Part shown: piece after piece, positions 48,556 through 58,183 of the stretch
How the letters are laid out: every line of letters begins with the position of its first letter
Position numbering within the stretch: position 1 is the first letter of the stretch
Assembly: GCA_965223845.1 (NCBI GenBank)
Contig: CBDCXR010000004.1
Coordinates: 1,504,001-1,568,000, forward strand
Source of the DNA: Planctomycetota bacterium
GTDB taxonomy: Bacteria; Planctomycetota; UBA8108; SXIK01
Length of the DNA stretch: 64,000 nucleotides
Direction of reading: 5' to 3'
Translations under genes and position numbers: made by a program
The notes under the pieces: model-generated
The model's input: the letters and a program-made list of their open reading frames with translations, nothing else
Databases searched by the model: none
Told to the model about the DNA's origin: nothing

Positions 48556-49686
48556 CTACGCGAGTCCGAGCTCGTGCCCGGAGAGTCGCTCGTAGCCGTC
48601 TGCGGTAATGAGATAATCGTGTTCGACGCGGATCCCGCCCGTCGGCGCGTCGTAGAGACCCGGCTCGAGCGTGATCACCATGCCCGCGCGGAGCTCGGCG
48701 TCACTCCGTGGCACGATCTCCGGGGCCTCGGGGTGCCCGAGGCCGATCGCGTGACCGGCGTGATGGACGAGCTTCCGTCCCGGCATCGCCGCTTCGAACG
48801 CGGCGTCGACCGCCTCGTATACGTCGCGCACCGGCCGGCCCGGGCCGAGTGTCGACTCGGCCGCCTCGAGACCACTTCGGACCGCGGCGAACAGATCGTT
48901 CTGTTCGGCCGACGGCGCGCCGCCGACCACGAGCGAGTTGGTTATGTCTCCGCGGTAACCCTCGACGTACGGAAAGAGATCGAGGATGACCAGCTCGCCG
49001 TTCTGCATCACGCGCTCCGTCGGCGCGCCGCCCCCTTTGGCGGCACGGTCACCCGATGCGATATCGCACATCATGACGAAGGGCGCGCCCGCGGTGAGCG
49101 TCGCACGCTGAACGAGCTGGCTGTAGTACTCGAGCTCCGTCATCCCCGGACGTAGGAACTCGCGCGAGGCGGCGTGCATCGTCTCCGCCGTTCGGATCCC
49201 TCGCCCGATCGCTCGGAGCTCGTCCCCGTCCTTCACCTGCCGGAACTCACGTAAATCGGCGTCGACGTCCCGAACCTGCTTCACGGTGCGACCGATCGAG
49301 GCGGGGACGGAATGGACCTCCGCGGCGAGCGTCTCGACTCGATCGCGCGCGATTCGATCGATGACGCGCTGCGCCGTCACGGCCGATCGAGGCTTCGCCG
49401 GTCCAACGCAATCGTACCAATCGTCGGCCTCTACGTGCTCGACGGCTCCTTCGTCCGTCTCCCGGATCGCGTCCGCGAGCCAGTTATCGATGTAGAGCGT
49501 GCTCTCGCCGGCTTTGTCGACATAGAGAAAGCTCGTGCTGCTCAGGTTGAGGCTGTTCGGTCGCGGGAAGAAGTTCGCGAGATAGAGGAGGTGCTCGGGT
49601 CGGTGAATGACGAGAGCGTCCGCCTCACCCCGGATGCGTTCGAGGAGCCGCGCGAGCCGCTGCTGGCAGCCGTCGGGAGTCAGCAT
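48556..49686 (-). CDS. M24 Xaa-Pro peptidase family protein
   Basis: Creatinase-like N-domain; ILDL; GDIT; HHAGHAIGL; TLEPG; RVEH. Confidence 0.88.
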   Translation of the reverse strand: MLTPDGCQQRLARLLERIRGEADALVIHRPEHLLYLANFFPRPNSLNLSSTSFLYVDKAGESTLYIDNWLADAIRETDEGAVEHVEADDWYDCVGPAKPRSAVTAQRVIDRIARDRVETLAAEVHSVPASIGRTVKQVRDVDADLREFRQVKDGDELRAIGRGIRTAETMHAASREFLRPGMTELEYYSQLVQRATLTAGAPFVMMCDIASGDRAAKGGGAPTERVMQNGELVILDLFPYVEGYRGDITNSLVVGGAPSAEQNDLFAAVRSGLEAAESTLGPGRPVRDVYEAVDAAFEAAMPGRKLVHHAGHAIGLGHPEAPEIVPRSDAELRAGMVITLEPGLYDAPTGGIRVEHDYLITADGYERLSGHELGLA

Positions 49687-49689
49687 CGC

Positions 49690-50160
49690 TCAGCCATCCT
49701 TCTTCACTTGAACTATGGCCTCGATCTCGGTCGGGATCTGACCGGGGAGTGAGCCCGCGCCGACGGCGGAGCGCGACGCGCGGCCGGCATCCTCTCCGAA
49801 GACTTCGACAAAGAGGTCGGAGCAGCCGTTGATGACCTTCGGGTGGTCGCTGAACTCGGGCGTGGCGTTCACCAGCCCGAGCACCTTGACGACACGCGCG
49901 ACGCGGTCGAGCGAGCCGAGCGACTTGCGCAGGGTCGCGAGGATCCCGAGTCCGGTCTGGCGAGCCGACTGGTAGCCTTGCTCCACTGTCAGCTCCGCAC
50001 CCAGCTTTCCTGCCGCCGGGAGGCCGTCTTTCGGCGCCGGACCGTGACCGGAAATGAAGAGAAGATCGCCGACCGGGAGCGAGGTCACGTAGTTGGCGAC
50101 GGGGACGGGAGCCTCGGGAAGCGTGATCCCGAGCTCCGTGAGGCGCTGCTCAGCCGACAT
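49690..50160 (-). CDS. RidA/YjgF family protein
   Basis: Start ATG 50160; PVANYV; ISGHGP; VINGCSDL; RSAVG; EIE. Confidence 0.9.
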   Translation of the reverse strand: MSAEQRLTELGITLPEAPVPVANYVTSLPVGDLLFISGHGPAPKDGLPAAGKLGAELTVEQGYQSARQTGLGILATLRKSLGSLDRVARVVKVLGLVNATPEFSDHPKVINGCSDLFVEVFGEDAGRASRSAVGAGSLPGQIPTEIEAIVQVKKDG

Positions 50161-50447
50161 AGAAGTTTCTCCGGACGAGTCGATCGGAGGGAGAACGGTT
50201 CCACTGCGCGGAGAGCGCGCGAGCGAATCGCCGGCGAAGGGAACGGAATCGGCGAGGATTCGCGTTCCCGCACTCGCCCGAGAGGACCGCTTCCGGCCGA
50301 ATCGAGTTTTTGGTACAGGCTCCGAGAAATGACGGCCAGCTATGGTACATATGGCGAGGTCGTGGTTCAATCCGAGCGCCGTTTCCCGGCGTCGCGCGGA
50401 AGTGGAGGGCCCCGTCTCGATCTTGCGCGCGGAGGCGAGACAGATTC

Positions 50448-50726
50448 ATGATTCAGCTTGTTTGGCTCATCGTCGTCGCCGGCCTGGCGTATCTGGCGTT
50501 TCTCGCCCGCGAGGTGTTGCCCTACGCGGTTGGGGGGGCGATCGCGCTCGTTGCGATCGGCTGGATCGTCGTCTCCGCGATGTGGCCGTCGAAGCCGGAC
50601 CGCCGCTGTCCGACCTGCGGGGAGTCGGGTCTCGTGAAGATCCGTCGCGGAGAGCCGGGCGTGGTCTGCGAGCAGTGCGGTTTTCGCGACGAGTCCATGC
50701 ACGTCGCTTATCTCGATGACTGGTGA
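50448..50726 (+). CDS. small two-TM protein with C-terminal zinc ribbon
   Basis: GGAGG upstream of ATG 50448; two hydrophobic helices; CPTC...CEQC. Confidence 0.65.
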   Translation: MIQLVWLIVVAGLAYLAFLAREVLPYAVGGAIALVAIGWIVVSAMWPSKPDRRCPTCGESGLVKIRRGEPGVVCEQCGFRDESMHVAYLDDW

Positions 50727-50741
50727 GGAGTTCGATCGACC

Positions 50742-51143
50742 GTGGAACCGAGCTGGATCATTCTTCAGGTTCTGAACACCGCGATGCTGTTCGTGATCGC
50801 ATACGGGATCGCCCAGCGCCGTCGGCCTCGCGTTCACATGCCGGTCATGGGCGGCGCCTTTCTGGGTGACGTCATCCTCGTCGGGCTCATCGAGTCGCGC
50901 GCGCGGGGGGATGGAAAAGGAGCCGTCGAACAGGGCGTCGACGCGTTCTCGGAAGGGGGTGAGTGGATCGAGCAGTTTCATATCATCGTCTCCGTCCTCT
51001 GCATCCTCGGGTACGTCGTCGCTCTCGTCACCGGTCTCCGTTTGCAGCGCTCGGGGCGTGGCCGAAAGCTCCACCGCTGGAACGCCGGTATCTTCATCGT
51101 GACGCGGCTGAGCAGCTACGTGACGTCGTACTGGATGGGCTGA
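50742..51143 (+). CDS. DUF420-like four-TM protein
   Basis: GAGGAG before GTG; four hydrophobic segments with spaced His residues (RVH, QFH, KLH). Confidence 0.6.
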   Translation: MEPSWIILQVLNTAMLFVIAYGIAQRRRPRVHMPVMGGAFLGDVILVGLIESRARGDGKGAVEQGVDAFSEGGEWIEQFHIIVSVLCILGYVVALVTGLRLQRSGRGRKLHRWNAGIFIVTRLSSYVTSYWMG

Positions 51144-51215
51144 GCGGTTGCGGGAGACTGCGGTTCGTCCGTCGGCACTGCGACGTGGAGCTCGGTAGCT
51201 CGAGTGCGTCGACGG

Positions 51216-52136
51216 TCAGAAACGCGGCTGGATGAACCGTCTCGATTCGAGCCACGCCTGGGCGACGAGCGCGATCTTCTCGCGACGGGGAAGGGAAGGT
51301 CGGCGCGAGAACACGTCGAACTCCGCCCGCTCGATGCGATCGAGAATGCGGGAGTAGAACCGCATGAGGAGGACGGGGCAGTAGCGTGAATCCGGGTGGA
51401 TTTCCGGGTAGAGCGGCTCGGCCCGACGAAAGAGCTCGCGCGTTCGGTCGACCTCGAACTTCATGAGGGCGCGGAACTCGGGAGTGAGCTTCGACGAGAA
51501 GAGATCGTCCTCGGAGCAGCCGAACCGGCGGAGGTCCTCGGCGGGAAGATAGATGCGTCCTCGCGTGCAATCCTCGGCTACGTCGCGGAGGATGTTCGTG
51601 AGCTGCATCGCGAGTCCGAGCGCGACCGCCGCATCTCGACAGTCCTCGTACGCAGCGTCTCGTCGGGCGAGCCCGAAGATGCGCACGCAGATGAGGCCGA
51701 CGACGGACGCCGCGCGGTAGCAGTACCCTTCCAGCTCGGTGAAGGTTGCGTAGCGCTTTTTCTCGAGATCCATCTCCATCCCGAGGAGAAGCTCCTCGAA
51801 GAGGACGGTGGGAATCTCGTACCGGCGAATGGTATCGGCGAGCGCAGCGCGGAGGGGATCGTCGGTGACCGCCGCGGAATCGAGGAGTTGTCGCAACCCG
51901 TTCAGGTCGGCGCGGGCCTCCGTGGGAGTCCCGCCGCGCTCTTCGACCGCGTCGACGGCATCGTCGGCTCGGCGACTGAACGCGTACACCGCGAATACAC
52001 TCCGGCGACGCTCGGGAGGGAGGAAGCCGAAGGTGTAGTAGAAGTTCTTGGCTTCAGCCTTGGTGATCCTTGCGGCGTACGCGTAGGAGTCGGTCAGCGA
52101 TCGTTCGTCCCGAACTTCCGTCGATAGAGGAACCAT
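51216..52136 (-). CDS. phytoene/squalene synthase family (HpnD/CrtB-like)
   Basis: AKNFYY; YAFSRRADDAVD; GMEMDL; YCYRAASVVG; QLTNILRDVAED; GRIYLP. Confidence 0.9.
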   Translation of the reverse strand: MVPLSTEVRDERSLTDSYAYAARITKAEAKNFYYTFGFLPPERRRSVFAVYAFSRRADDAVDAVEERGGTPTEARADLNGLRQLLDSAAVTDDPLRAALADTIRRYEIPTVLFEELLLGMEMDLEKKRYATFTELEGYCYRAASVVGLICVRIFGLARRDAAYEDCRDAAVALGLAMQLTNILRDVAEDCTRGRIYLPAEDLRRFGCSEDDLFSSKLTPEFRALMKFEVDRTRELFRRAEPLYPEIHPDSRYCPVLLMRFYSRILDRIERAEFDVFSRRPSLPRREKIALVAQAWLESRRFIQPRF

Positions 52137-52462
52137 AATCTCGAGCGCGCGTACAACGTGAGGAACCGTTACCGCGACGGTGAGTTCCGTCTGGCGAGTC
52201 CTAGAGCTCGAGTGAGAGCGGCGACACCGACCAGCTTCGGTGCCGCAACTTGGACTCGCGGTGACAGCGTCTCGCTTCCGATAACGGTTTGCAACGGCTT
52301 TATCTCACTTCGGCTTTCTTCTAAGCTCCAGGTGTCGCCCGTGACGAAGCTCCGTCGAGATCGCCCGCCGAAGCCGTCGATCGAGGCACACCGGGAAAAC
52401 CGTCTACCCGAGTGTCTCGCTCAACTCGACCGCACTCGTCCCGCGCACAGGGTGTTCACGGC

Positions 52463-53212
52463 ATGACTCGGTTTTTCTCCGCGCTCGGCGACTTCGGAAT
52501 CTACGCGAATCGAATCCTACGCCGGATTCTGCGGCCGGAGTTTCGCGCCGATGCCCTCGTCTATCAGATGCATCGCATCGGGGTCGAGTCCCTCTCCGTG
52601 GTCAATCTCTGCGCGTTTTTCATCGGGCTCGTGCTCGTCATCCAAACCGGCGCGCTCCTCGCGAAGTTCGGCGCGAAGGGGGAGGTGAGCACGATTCTCA
52701 GTGCGTCCTTTGTGCGCGAGATCGGTCCGGTGTTCGCCGCGATCATGTTCGCGGGACGCATCGGGACCGGCATCGCCGCGGAGATCGGTTCGATGGTCGT
52801 GACGGAACAGATCGATGCCTACCGCGCCTTCGGAGTCGACCCGCACGCTCGATTGGCCGCGCCGCGTGTGGCGGCGACCGCGCTCATGCTTCCAGCCCTC
52901 ACGGTGTGTGCGTGCGTCGTGGGAATCTTCAGCGGCTACCTGGTCGTCGTCTTTCAGATGGGGTACTCCCGCGAGACCTACGTTCATTCGGTGCTCCGTG
53001 CGCTCGGACAGCTCGATATCATCGCCTGCGTGACGAAGGCCGGCGTGTTCGGCCTGCTGATCGGCCTCTTGTCGACGTACACCGGATTTCGGACGAAGCG
53101 GGCAACGGAGGCCGTCGGCGAGTCGGCGACGACCACGATGGTGCGGTGTGTCCTCGGGATCCTCGTTCTCGATCTCATGCTCACTCAGTTCTTTCTCGGC
53201 CTCGGAGCTTGA
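52463..53212 (+). CDS. mlaE: MlaE family ABC permease
   Basis: REIGPV; AGRIGTGIAAEIGSM; EQIDA; PRV; AVGESATT. Confidence 0.92.
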   Translation: MTRFFSALGDFGIYANRILRRILRPEFRADALVYQMHRIGVESLSVVNLCAFFIGLVLVIQTGALLAKFGAKGEVSTILSASFVREIGPVFAAIMFAGRIGTGIAAEIGSMVVTEQIDAYRAFGVDPHARLAAPRVAATALMLPALTVCACVVGIFSGYLVVVFQMGYSRETYVHSVLRALGQLDIIACVTKAGVFGLLIGLLSTYTGFRTKRATEAVGESATTTMVRCVLGILVLDLMLTQFFLGLGA

Positions 53213-53218
53213 TCGTCC

Positions 53219-54031
53219 GTGAACGTCTCCGATTCCGCGCCGGCCTCGCCTGTAGTCGAAGTGCTGCGCATCGCGGGTGTGTCGAAATCTCTCGGGGGAC
53301 AGCCCGTGCTCACCGGAGTCGACCTCTGCGTCCGCGAGGGGGACAACCTCGCGATCCTCGGTCGGAGCGGGAGCGGGAAGAGCGTCCTCCTCCGATTGAT
53401 CGCCGGTCTACTCGTGCCGGACGAAGGAGAGATCTATCTTTGGGGTCAACCGACGAGCGGGCTCAGCGAGGACGAGTGGCGGCCGCTGCGCCGCCGGATG
53501 GGGGTCGTGTTTCAGTCCGGCGCTCTCTTCGATTCGATGTCGGTCTTCGACAACGTCGCGTTCCCGCTCCGCGAACGCGGCGACCTCGCCGAGGACGATG
53601 TGCGCGTTCGCGTGCTCGAACGTCTCGCGTGGGTCGATCTGGCGGAGAGCGCCGACAAGCCCCCGAGCGAGCTCTCCGGGGGAATGCGCCGGCGTGTCGC
53701 CCTCGCGCGTACGCTCGCCGACGGACCGGAGTTCGTCCTCTACGACGAGCCGACGACGGGGCTCGACCCGCTCACGGGACGCAGCATTTCCCTCCTTATG
53801 CAGAAGTTGGACAAAAAACTGGAGTCGACGTCCATCATCGTGACACACGATCTTCAGTCCGCAGAGCTCGTGGCGACCCGCTGGGCGTACCTCGCCGACG
53901 GACGGATTGCCGCGGAAGGGACGCGAACCGAGCTCCTTCGAAGCGGGGGGGGAGTCGCCGATTTCATCCGCGCCTACGGATGGGTGCGGGAGTTGCAGGA
54001 TTCGGGTGTCGACGAGGCACGAGACGCATGA
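53219..54031 (+). CDS. mlaF: MlaF family ABC ATPase
   Basis: GRSGSGKS; FQSGALFDS; LSGGMRRR; YDEPTTGLDP; VTHD. Confidence 0.92.
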   Translation: MNVSDSAPASPVVEVLRIAGVSKSLGGQPVLTGVDLCVREGDNLAILGRSGSGKSVLLRLIAGLLVPDEGEIYLWGQPTSGLSEDEWRPLRRRMGVVFQSGALFDSMSVFDNVAFPLRERGDLAEDDVRVRVLERLAWVDLAESADKPPSELSGGMRRRVALARTLADGPEFVLYDEPTTGLDPLTGRSISLLMQKLDKKLESTSIIVTHDLQSAELVATRWAYLADGRIAAEGTRTELLRSGGGVADFIRAYGWVRELQDSGVDEARDA

Positions 54032-55353
54032 GACAGTCCTGGGCAAAAGAGTTCAGCGTCGGATTCGTCCTGTTCGTGGCGACGATTGTCGTCATGGTCG
54101 GGCTGTTTCTCGTCGGGAATGCCGGTGGTCCACTTTCGCGCCACGCCGAATATCGCGTCCTCGTCCCGACGGTCCTCGGGATTCGCGAGGGATCGACGGT
54201 CTACCTCTCCGGAGTCCCCGTCGGTCAAGTCGAGCGCATCGATTTCTCGTCGGATCCGGGAATCCCGAAGGTCGAGGTCACGCTCGCCGTCGTGTACCGC
54301 CACTCCCTCCGCATCGGTCCCGATTCGACGGCGTGGATCAAGAACGAGGGTCTCCTCGGCGACGCTGCCTTCCACGTGAGCCTGAGCGCCGAGGGCGAGC
54401 GACTCCGAGCCGGAAGCGAGATCCCGTACCGTCCGCGCGCGATGCTCGACGACTTCGCGGGCGAAGGATCGACGGAGACCGCAGCGTCGATCATGGAGAC
54501 CGCGATCGCGATTCTGAACGACGTTCAGAAGGGCGAAGGGACGCTCGGGCAGCTTCTCAAGAACCCCGAGCTCTACGACAACCTGAGCACGTTCACCGCG
54601 GCGATGCAGACCGCGACGAAACGCGTGGAGACACTCAGCTCGGACCTCGGCGAGATCATCACCGCGATCAAGGAGAGCCGAGGCGTCGTCGGAAAGGCGA
54701 TTTTCTCCGAGCAGTACGCTCAGCGGGTGGGCGATGGCCTGGCGCATATCGAGAAGGTCGCGGGTCGAGTCGATCGCATCCTCGCCGACGTCGAAGACGG
54801 GGAGGAGTCGATCGGACGGGTCGTGCTCGGAGCCGCGCTCCACGCCTCGGTTCAGCGCTTGATCGACCACGTCGACGCGGTCGCGGCTGACGTCCACGAA
54901 TCCCTCCGCGGTGAGAGCATCGTCGCCGATCTCGTCCGCGACGCGGAGCTCGCCGCCAACTTCAAAACGCTCGTCGCTCGACTCGAATCGTCGTCCGGTT
55001 CGCTCGAACGGATCCTGGGCTCGATCGAAGCCGGCGAGGGATCGCTCGGCATGCTCTACCGCGATCCCTCGATCGCGGGCAGTCTGCGCGACCTCTTCCT
55101 CGGAGTCGAAGACGCGGGCTACGTGCTCAATCTCGTGCGGAACGCGGAGCGGGCCGGTCGCGAACGCTATCTCGAGGCCGCTGGCCTCGACGAGGCCGAG
55201 CGACGGGAACTCCAGCGCTTGCGCGTACTGTCTGGCGTTGGTACGAGCTCGGAGGACGGCCCCGAATCGGCGAACGACCGTGACGGCGACATTCGACCCG
55301 CGGCTCACCGCGAAGGCGATCCGGACGGCGAAGCCGGGTCGAACGAGGAGTGA
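54028..55353 (+). CDS. mlaD: MlaD/MCE protein with long helical extension
   Basis: ATGA overlap with mlaF; N-terminal TM; MCE motifs GIREGSTVYLSGVPVGQV and GLLGD; repeated GEGTLG-like turns. Confidence 0.85.
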   Translation: MRQSWAKEFSVGFVLFVATIVVMVGLFLVGNAGGPLSRHAEYRVLVPTVLGIREGSTVYLSGVPVGQVERIDFSSDPGIPKVEVTLAVVYRHSLRIGPDSTAWIKNEGLLGDAAFHVSLSAEGERLRAGSEIPYRPRAMLDDFAGEGSTETAASIMETAIAILNDVQKGEGTLGQLLKNPELYDNLSTFTAAMQTATKRVETLSSDLGEIITAIKESRGVVGKAIFSEQYAQRVGDGLAHIEKVAGRVDRILADVEDGEESIGRVVLGAALHASVQRLIDHVDAVAADVHESLRGESIVADLVRDAELAANFKTLVARLESSSGSLERILGSIEAGEGSLGMLYRDPSIAGSLRDLFLGVEDAGYVLNLVRNAERAGRERYLEAAGLDEAERRELQRLRVLSGVGTSSEDGPESANDRDGDIRPAAHREGDPDGEAGSNEE

Positions 55354-55390
55354 CCCGAAGGGTACGCGGTCTTCGTAGGGAGGAGCGACC

Positions 55391-56059
55391 GTGTCGAGGA
55401 CGATGGACCGAGGGAGCGAGCAGACCATGGCGCAGGTAGGACTCTCGAGGCAGACCCGGAACCGGATTCGTCGCGGCGGGCCCGGATCGGTCGCGGCGAT
55501 CGCGGTCTCCCTCGCCGCGGCGTCCTGCGCCGCCCTGACGTCGTCGGAAATGGAGTACGTTGCGAACGACGATGTGCTCGCGCTCGCGGCGGACGCGCTG
55601 GGCTACCACGTCGACCCCCGTCGCTTCGTGCTCACCGAGCTCGACATCCGGAGTGACAGCGCCGTCTTTCAGTACCGCGGAGTCGAGTACTCGGGCGATC
55701 GGGCCTGGGTGGTTCGCTTCTCGGAGAAGTCGACGGAGCGAGACGCGATCGCGATGACCGATCCCTACGCTCTCCTCGAAGTGATCGCCGCGGGACGACG
55801 GGGGTTTCGCGTCGTCGAAGAGTCCGCGGGAGAAGACGATCTTGTTCGCTACATCCGCTATGAGTTTGACTCGATCGTCGAAGACGACGGGGCTGAGTCG
55901 CTGAACGGCCGAGGCCTCGTCGCAGTATTGCGACACGTCGACAATTCCCGTGAATCGCCGCTCGTCTTTCACATCAAGCTCGACAATCACGGCGATCGCG
56001 ACGAGCTGACGGCCGAAGCTCTCGAGCCGTTTCTCCGCGCCGCCTCCGGCCTCGAGTGA
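55391..56059 (+). CDS. hypothetical lipoprotein
   Basis: GGAGGAG before GTG; lipobox-like LAAASC; beta-rich body. Confidence 0.6.
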   Translation: MSRTMDRGSEQTMAQVGLSRQTRNRIRRGGPGSVAAIAVSLAAASCAALTSSEMEYVANDDVLALAADALGYHVDPRRFVLTELDIRSDSAVFQYRGVEYSGDRAWVVRFSEKSTERDAIAMTDPYALLEVIAAGRRGFRVVEESAGEDDLVRYIRYEFDSIVEDDGAESLNGRGLVAVLRHVDNSRESPLVFHIKLDNHGDRDELTAEALEPFLRAASGLE

Positions 56060-56155
56060 GCGCGCTCGAAATCGTTCGGACGCCGGATTCGCGTTGACGT
56101 CCGCCGCCGAGTTCTTTTAAGGTCTCCGCCCGAATCGCGAGCGGGGGGAGCGAGA

Positions 56156-57784
56156 ATGAGACGGCGCGTAGTGAAGAAGCGGCGAGACGGACGCGAGGAC
56201 GGCCGCGGGCGTGGGATGGCGGCGGCGAGACCGAGCCCTCGGCCTACGCCGCACGCCGGAGTCGTCGCCGGCTTCGCGCTCGTCGTCGCGCTCCTCAGCG
56301 CCGGAGATCGTATCGCGGCCGGATCGGACGCGGATCGACTCGAGCGCGATCTCCGCTGGATCGCGACCGGCCAGTTCGGCTACGGCGCCGACGACATCGG
56401 AATCGTCGTGCTCGACGAGAGCGGCGCAGTTCGCGCGAGCGTGGGAGGCGAGACCCCGCTCAAGCCGGCGAGCACCCTCAAAATCCTCACGACCGCCGCG
56501 GGGCTCTATCTGCTCGGCCCGGAGTACGAGTACCGAACCGCGCTGCTCTCTACCGCGCCGATCGCCGAGGGTCGGATCACCGGAGACTTGATTCTTCGCG
56601 GGACGGGCGACCCGAACATCTCCGGCCGATTCTACGACGGCGATGTCACTCACCTCCTCAAGCGGTGGGCCCGAGACCTTCGCGGCGCAGGGCTCGTCGA
56701 AGTGAGCGGCGATCTCGTCGTCGACGACTCGCTCTTCGACGACGAGCGGTTCCTTCCCGGGTGGAATCCAGCGGACGCGGGGCGATGGTTCAGCGCGCAG
56801 ATCAGTCCCCTCTCGCTGAACGACAACTGCGTCGACGTCTACATCGTCCCGGCAGCGCGACCGGGTGTTTCCGCCTCCGTGCGCATCGTCCCGCAGTCGT
56901 CGGCGATTCAGAGCTCCGGACGGATTCGGACGGTGGGGGGCTCCGTGCGTGCGGCGGTGCTCCACCGTAGGCCGGGGACGAGCGAGATCGCCGCGAGCGG
57001 GCGGGTCGGTGTGCGAGTCAAGAACTACTACGATCACGTCACGATCGAGGACCCGGCCATGTTCTTCGGAACCACCCTCCGGGACGTCCTCCGGCGACAT
57101 GGAGTCCATCTGCGAGGCCGAGTCCGGCGGGCGCGGGGCACGGAGCGTCGCTACGCCCCGGGTTGGCATACCGAGAACGGCGACGCGGCGCCGCCGCCGA
57201 TCAGCGCTCCGGGCGAGGTCGTCCTCATCACTCACGCATCGCCGCTTCGACTGGACCTGCCGGTGATCAACAAGAACAGTCAGAACCTTCACGCCGAGAT
57301 CCTTCTCAAGACGCTCGGTGCGGTCCTTTTCGGTGACGGCAGCGTCGAGGGAGGCGAGCGCGCGATCCGTCGGTACCTCTCCGAGCGCGGCATCGCGAAC
57401 GATGGTCTCGCGGTGCGCGACGGATCCGGTCTCTCGCACGAAAGTCGGGTCTCCGCGCTCACGCTCGCGCGTGCTCTCTCGGCCGCGCTTCGAGGGAAGC
57501 ACGGGACGCTCTACCGCCGATCGCTGGCCGTGGCGGGCGTCGACGGCACGCTCGACGACCGGTTTCGCCGCTATCCGGAGCTGCGAAAGCGGGTCGCCGG
57601 GAAGACGGGGAGCATCCGGGGCGTGTCCAACCTCGCGGGCTGCGTCGACGCGGCCGGCCGCACGTGGACGTTCGTCGTCCTCGTCAACGGCCGTCCGAAA
57701 CGCGCGAAATCGCCTCGGGATCTGCACGAGCGCATCGTCGACGAGACGGCTCGGGCGATGCGCCGTCTCGGGGACCCGCGGTAA
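56156..57784 (+). CDS. dacB: D-Ala-D-Ala carboxypeptidase/endopeptidase (PBP4, S13)
   Basis: SxxK in PASTLK; GTGDP; SxN in KNSQN; DGSGLS; GKTG; start uncertain. Confidence 0.92.
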   Translation: MRRRVVKKRRDGREDGRGRGMAAARPSPRPTPHAGVVAGFALVVALLSAGDRIAAGSDADRLERDLRWIATGQFGYGADDIGIVVLDESGAVRASVGGETPLKPASTLKILTTAAGLYLLGPEYEYRTALLSTAPIAEGRITGDLILRGTGDPNISGRFYDGDVTHLLKRWARDLRGAGLVEVSGDLVVDDSLFDDERFLPGWNPADAGRWFSAQISPLSLNDNCVDVYIVPAARPGVSASVRIVPQSSAIQSSGRIRTVGGSVRAAVLHRRPGTSEIAASGRVGVRVKNYYDHVTIEDPAMFFGTTLRDVLRRHGVHLRGRVRRARGTERRYAPGWHTENGDAAPPPISAPGEVVLITHASPLRLDLPVINKNSQNLHAEILLKTLGAVLFGDGSVEGGERAIRRYLSERGIANDGLAVRDGSGLSHESRVSALTLARALSAALRGKHGTLYRRSLAVAGVDGTLDDRFRRYPELRKRVAGKTGSIRGVSNLAGCVDAAGRTWTFVVLVNGRPKRAKSPRDLHERIVDETARAMRRLGDPR

Positions 57785-57932
57785 CGCCCACGGCGCACGT
57801 TGCTCGCGGGCGGTCCGTTTCCCGGCTCCCGGCCGGGAGGCCCCGCGAGCGGGTTCAACCCCCGGAACGGCCGGAAGTTCGGGCGTCGAGCGCCGGCGGA
57901 ATCGGGAGGAATCGGCTCTGGTGCGTCCGCCC

Positions 57933-57952
57933 AAGCGGTGTTAACATCGCTT
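57933..57952. promoter_or_regulatory. 20-bp near-perfect palindrome, candidate operator
   Basis: AAGCGGTGTTAACATCGCTT (9 of 10 pairs) in an AT-richer patch of the intergenic region. Confidence 0.45.
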
Positions 57953-58183
57953 TACAAATCTGGGTGGAATGTTCAGCGCCTCTTACAACGGCGTGCCGGG
58001 TCGCCCCGAGCTGGGAGCGGCTGGAGACGAGGATTCTCGCCGATAGACGCTGAGTTCACCGCCCGGATTGACGTCTGAGATGGGGCGAGGCGCGGTAGGC
58101 GCCGGTGGGGAGGTGACGATTCACCTCGACGATCGCTCTCGCGCGCCGCGAGGGTGCGGCACCGATTCGAGATTCGTACGTCC

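Noticed and set aside
52906-54027. 815-aa ORF suggesting a large N-terminal extension of MlaD
   Set aside because: The extension overlaps mlaE and mlaF in another frame; ATG 54028 with an ATGA overlap is the natural start.
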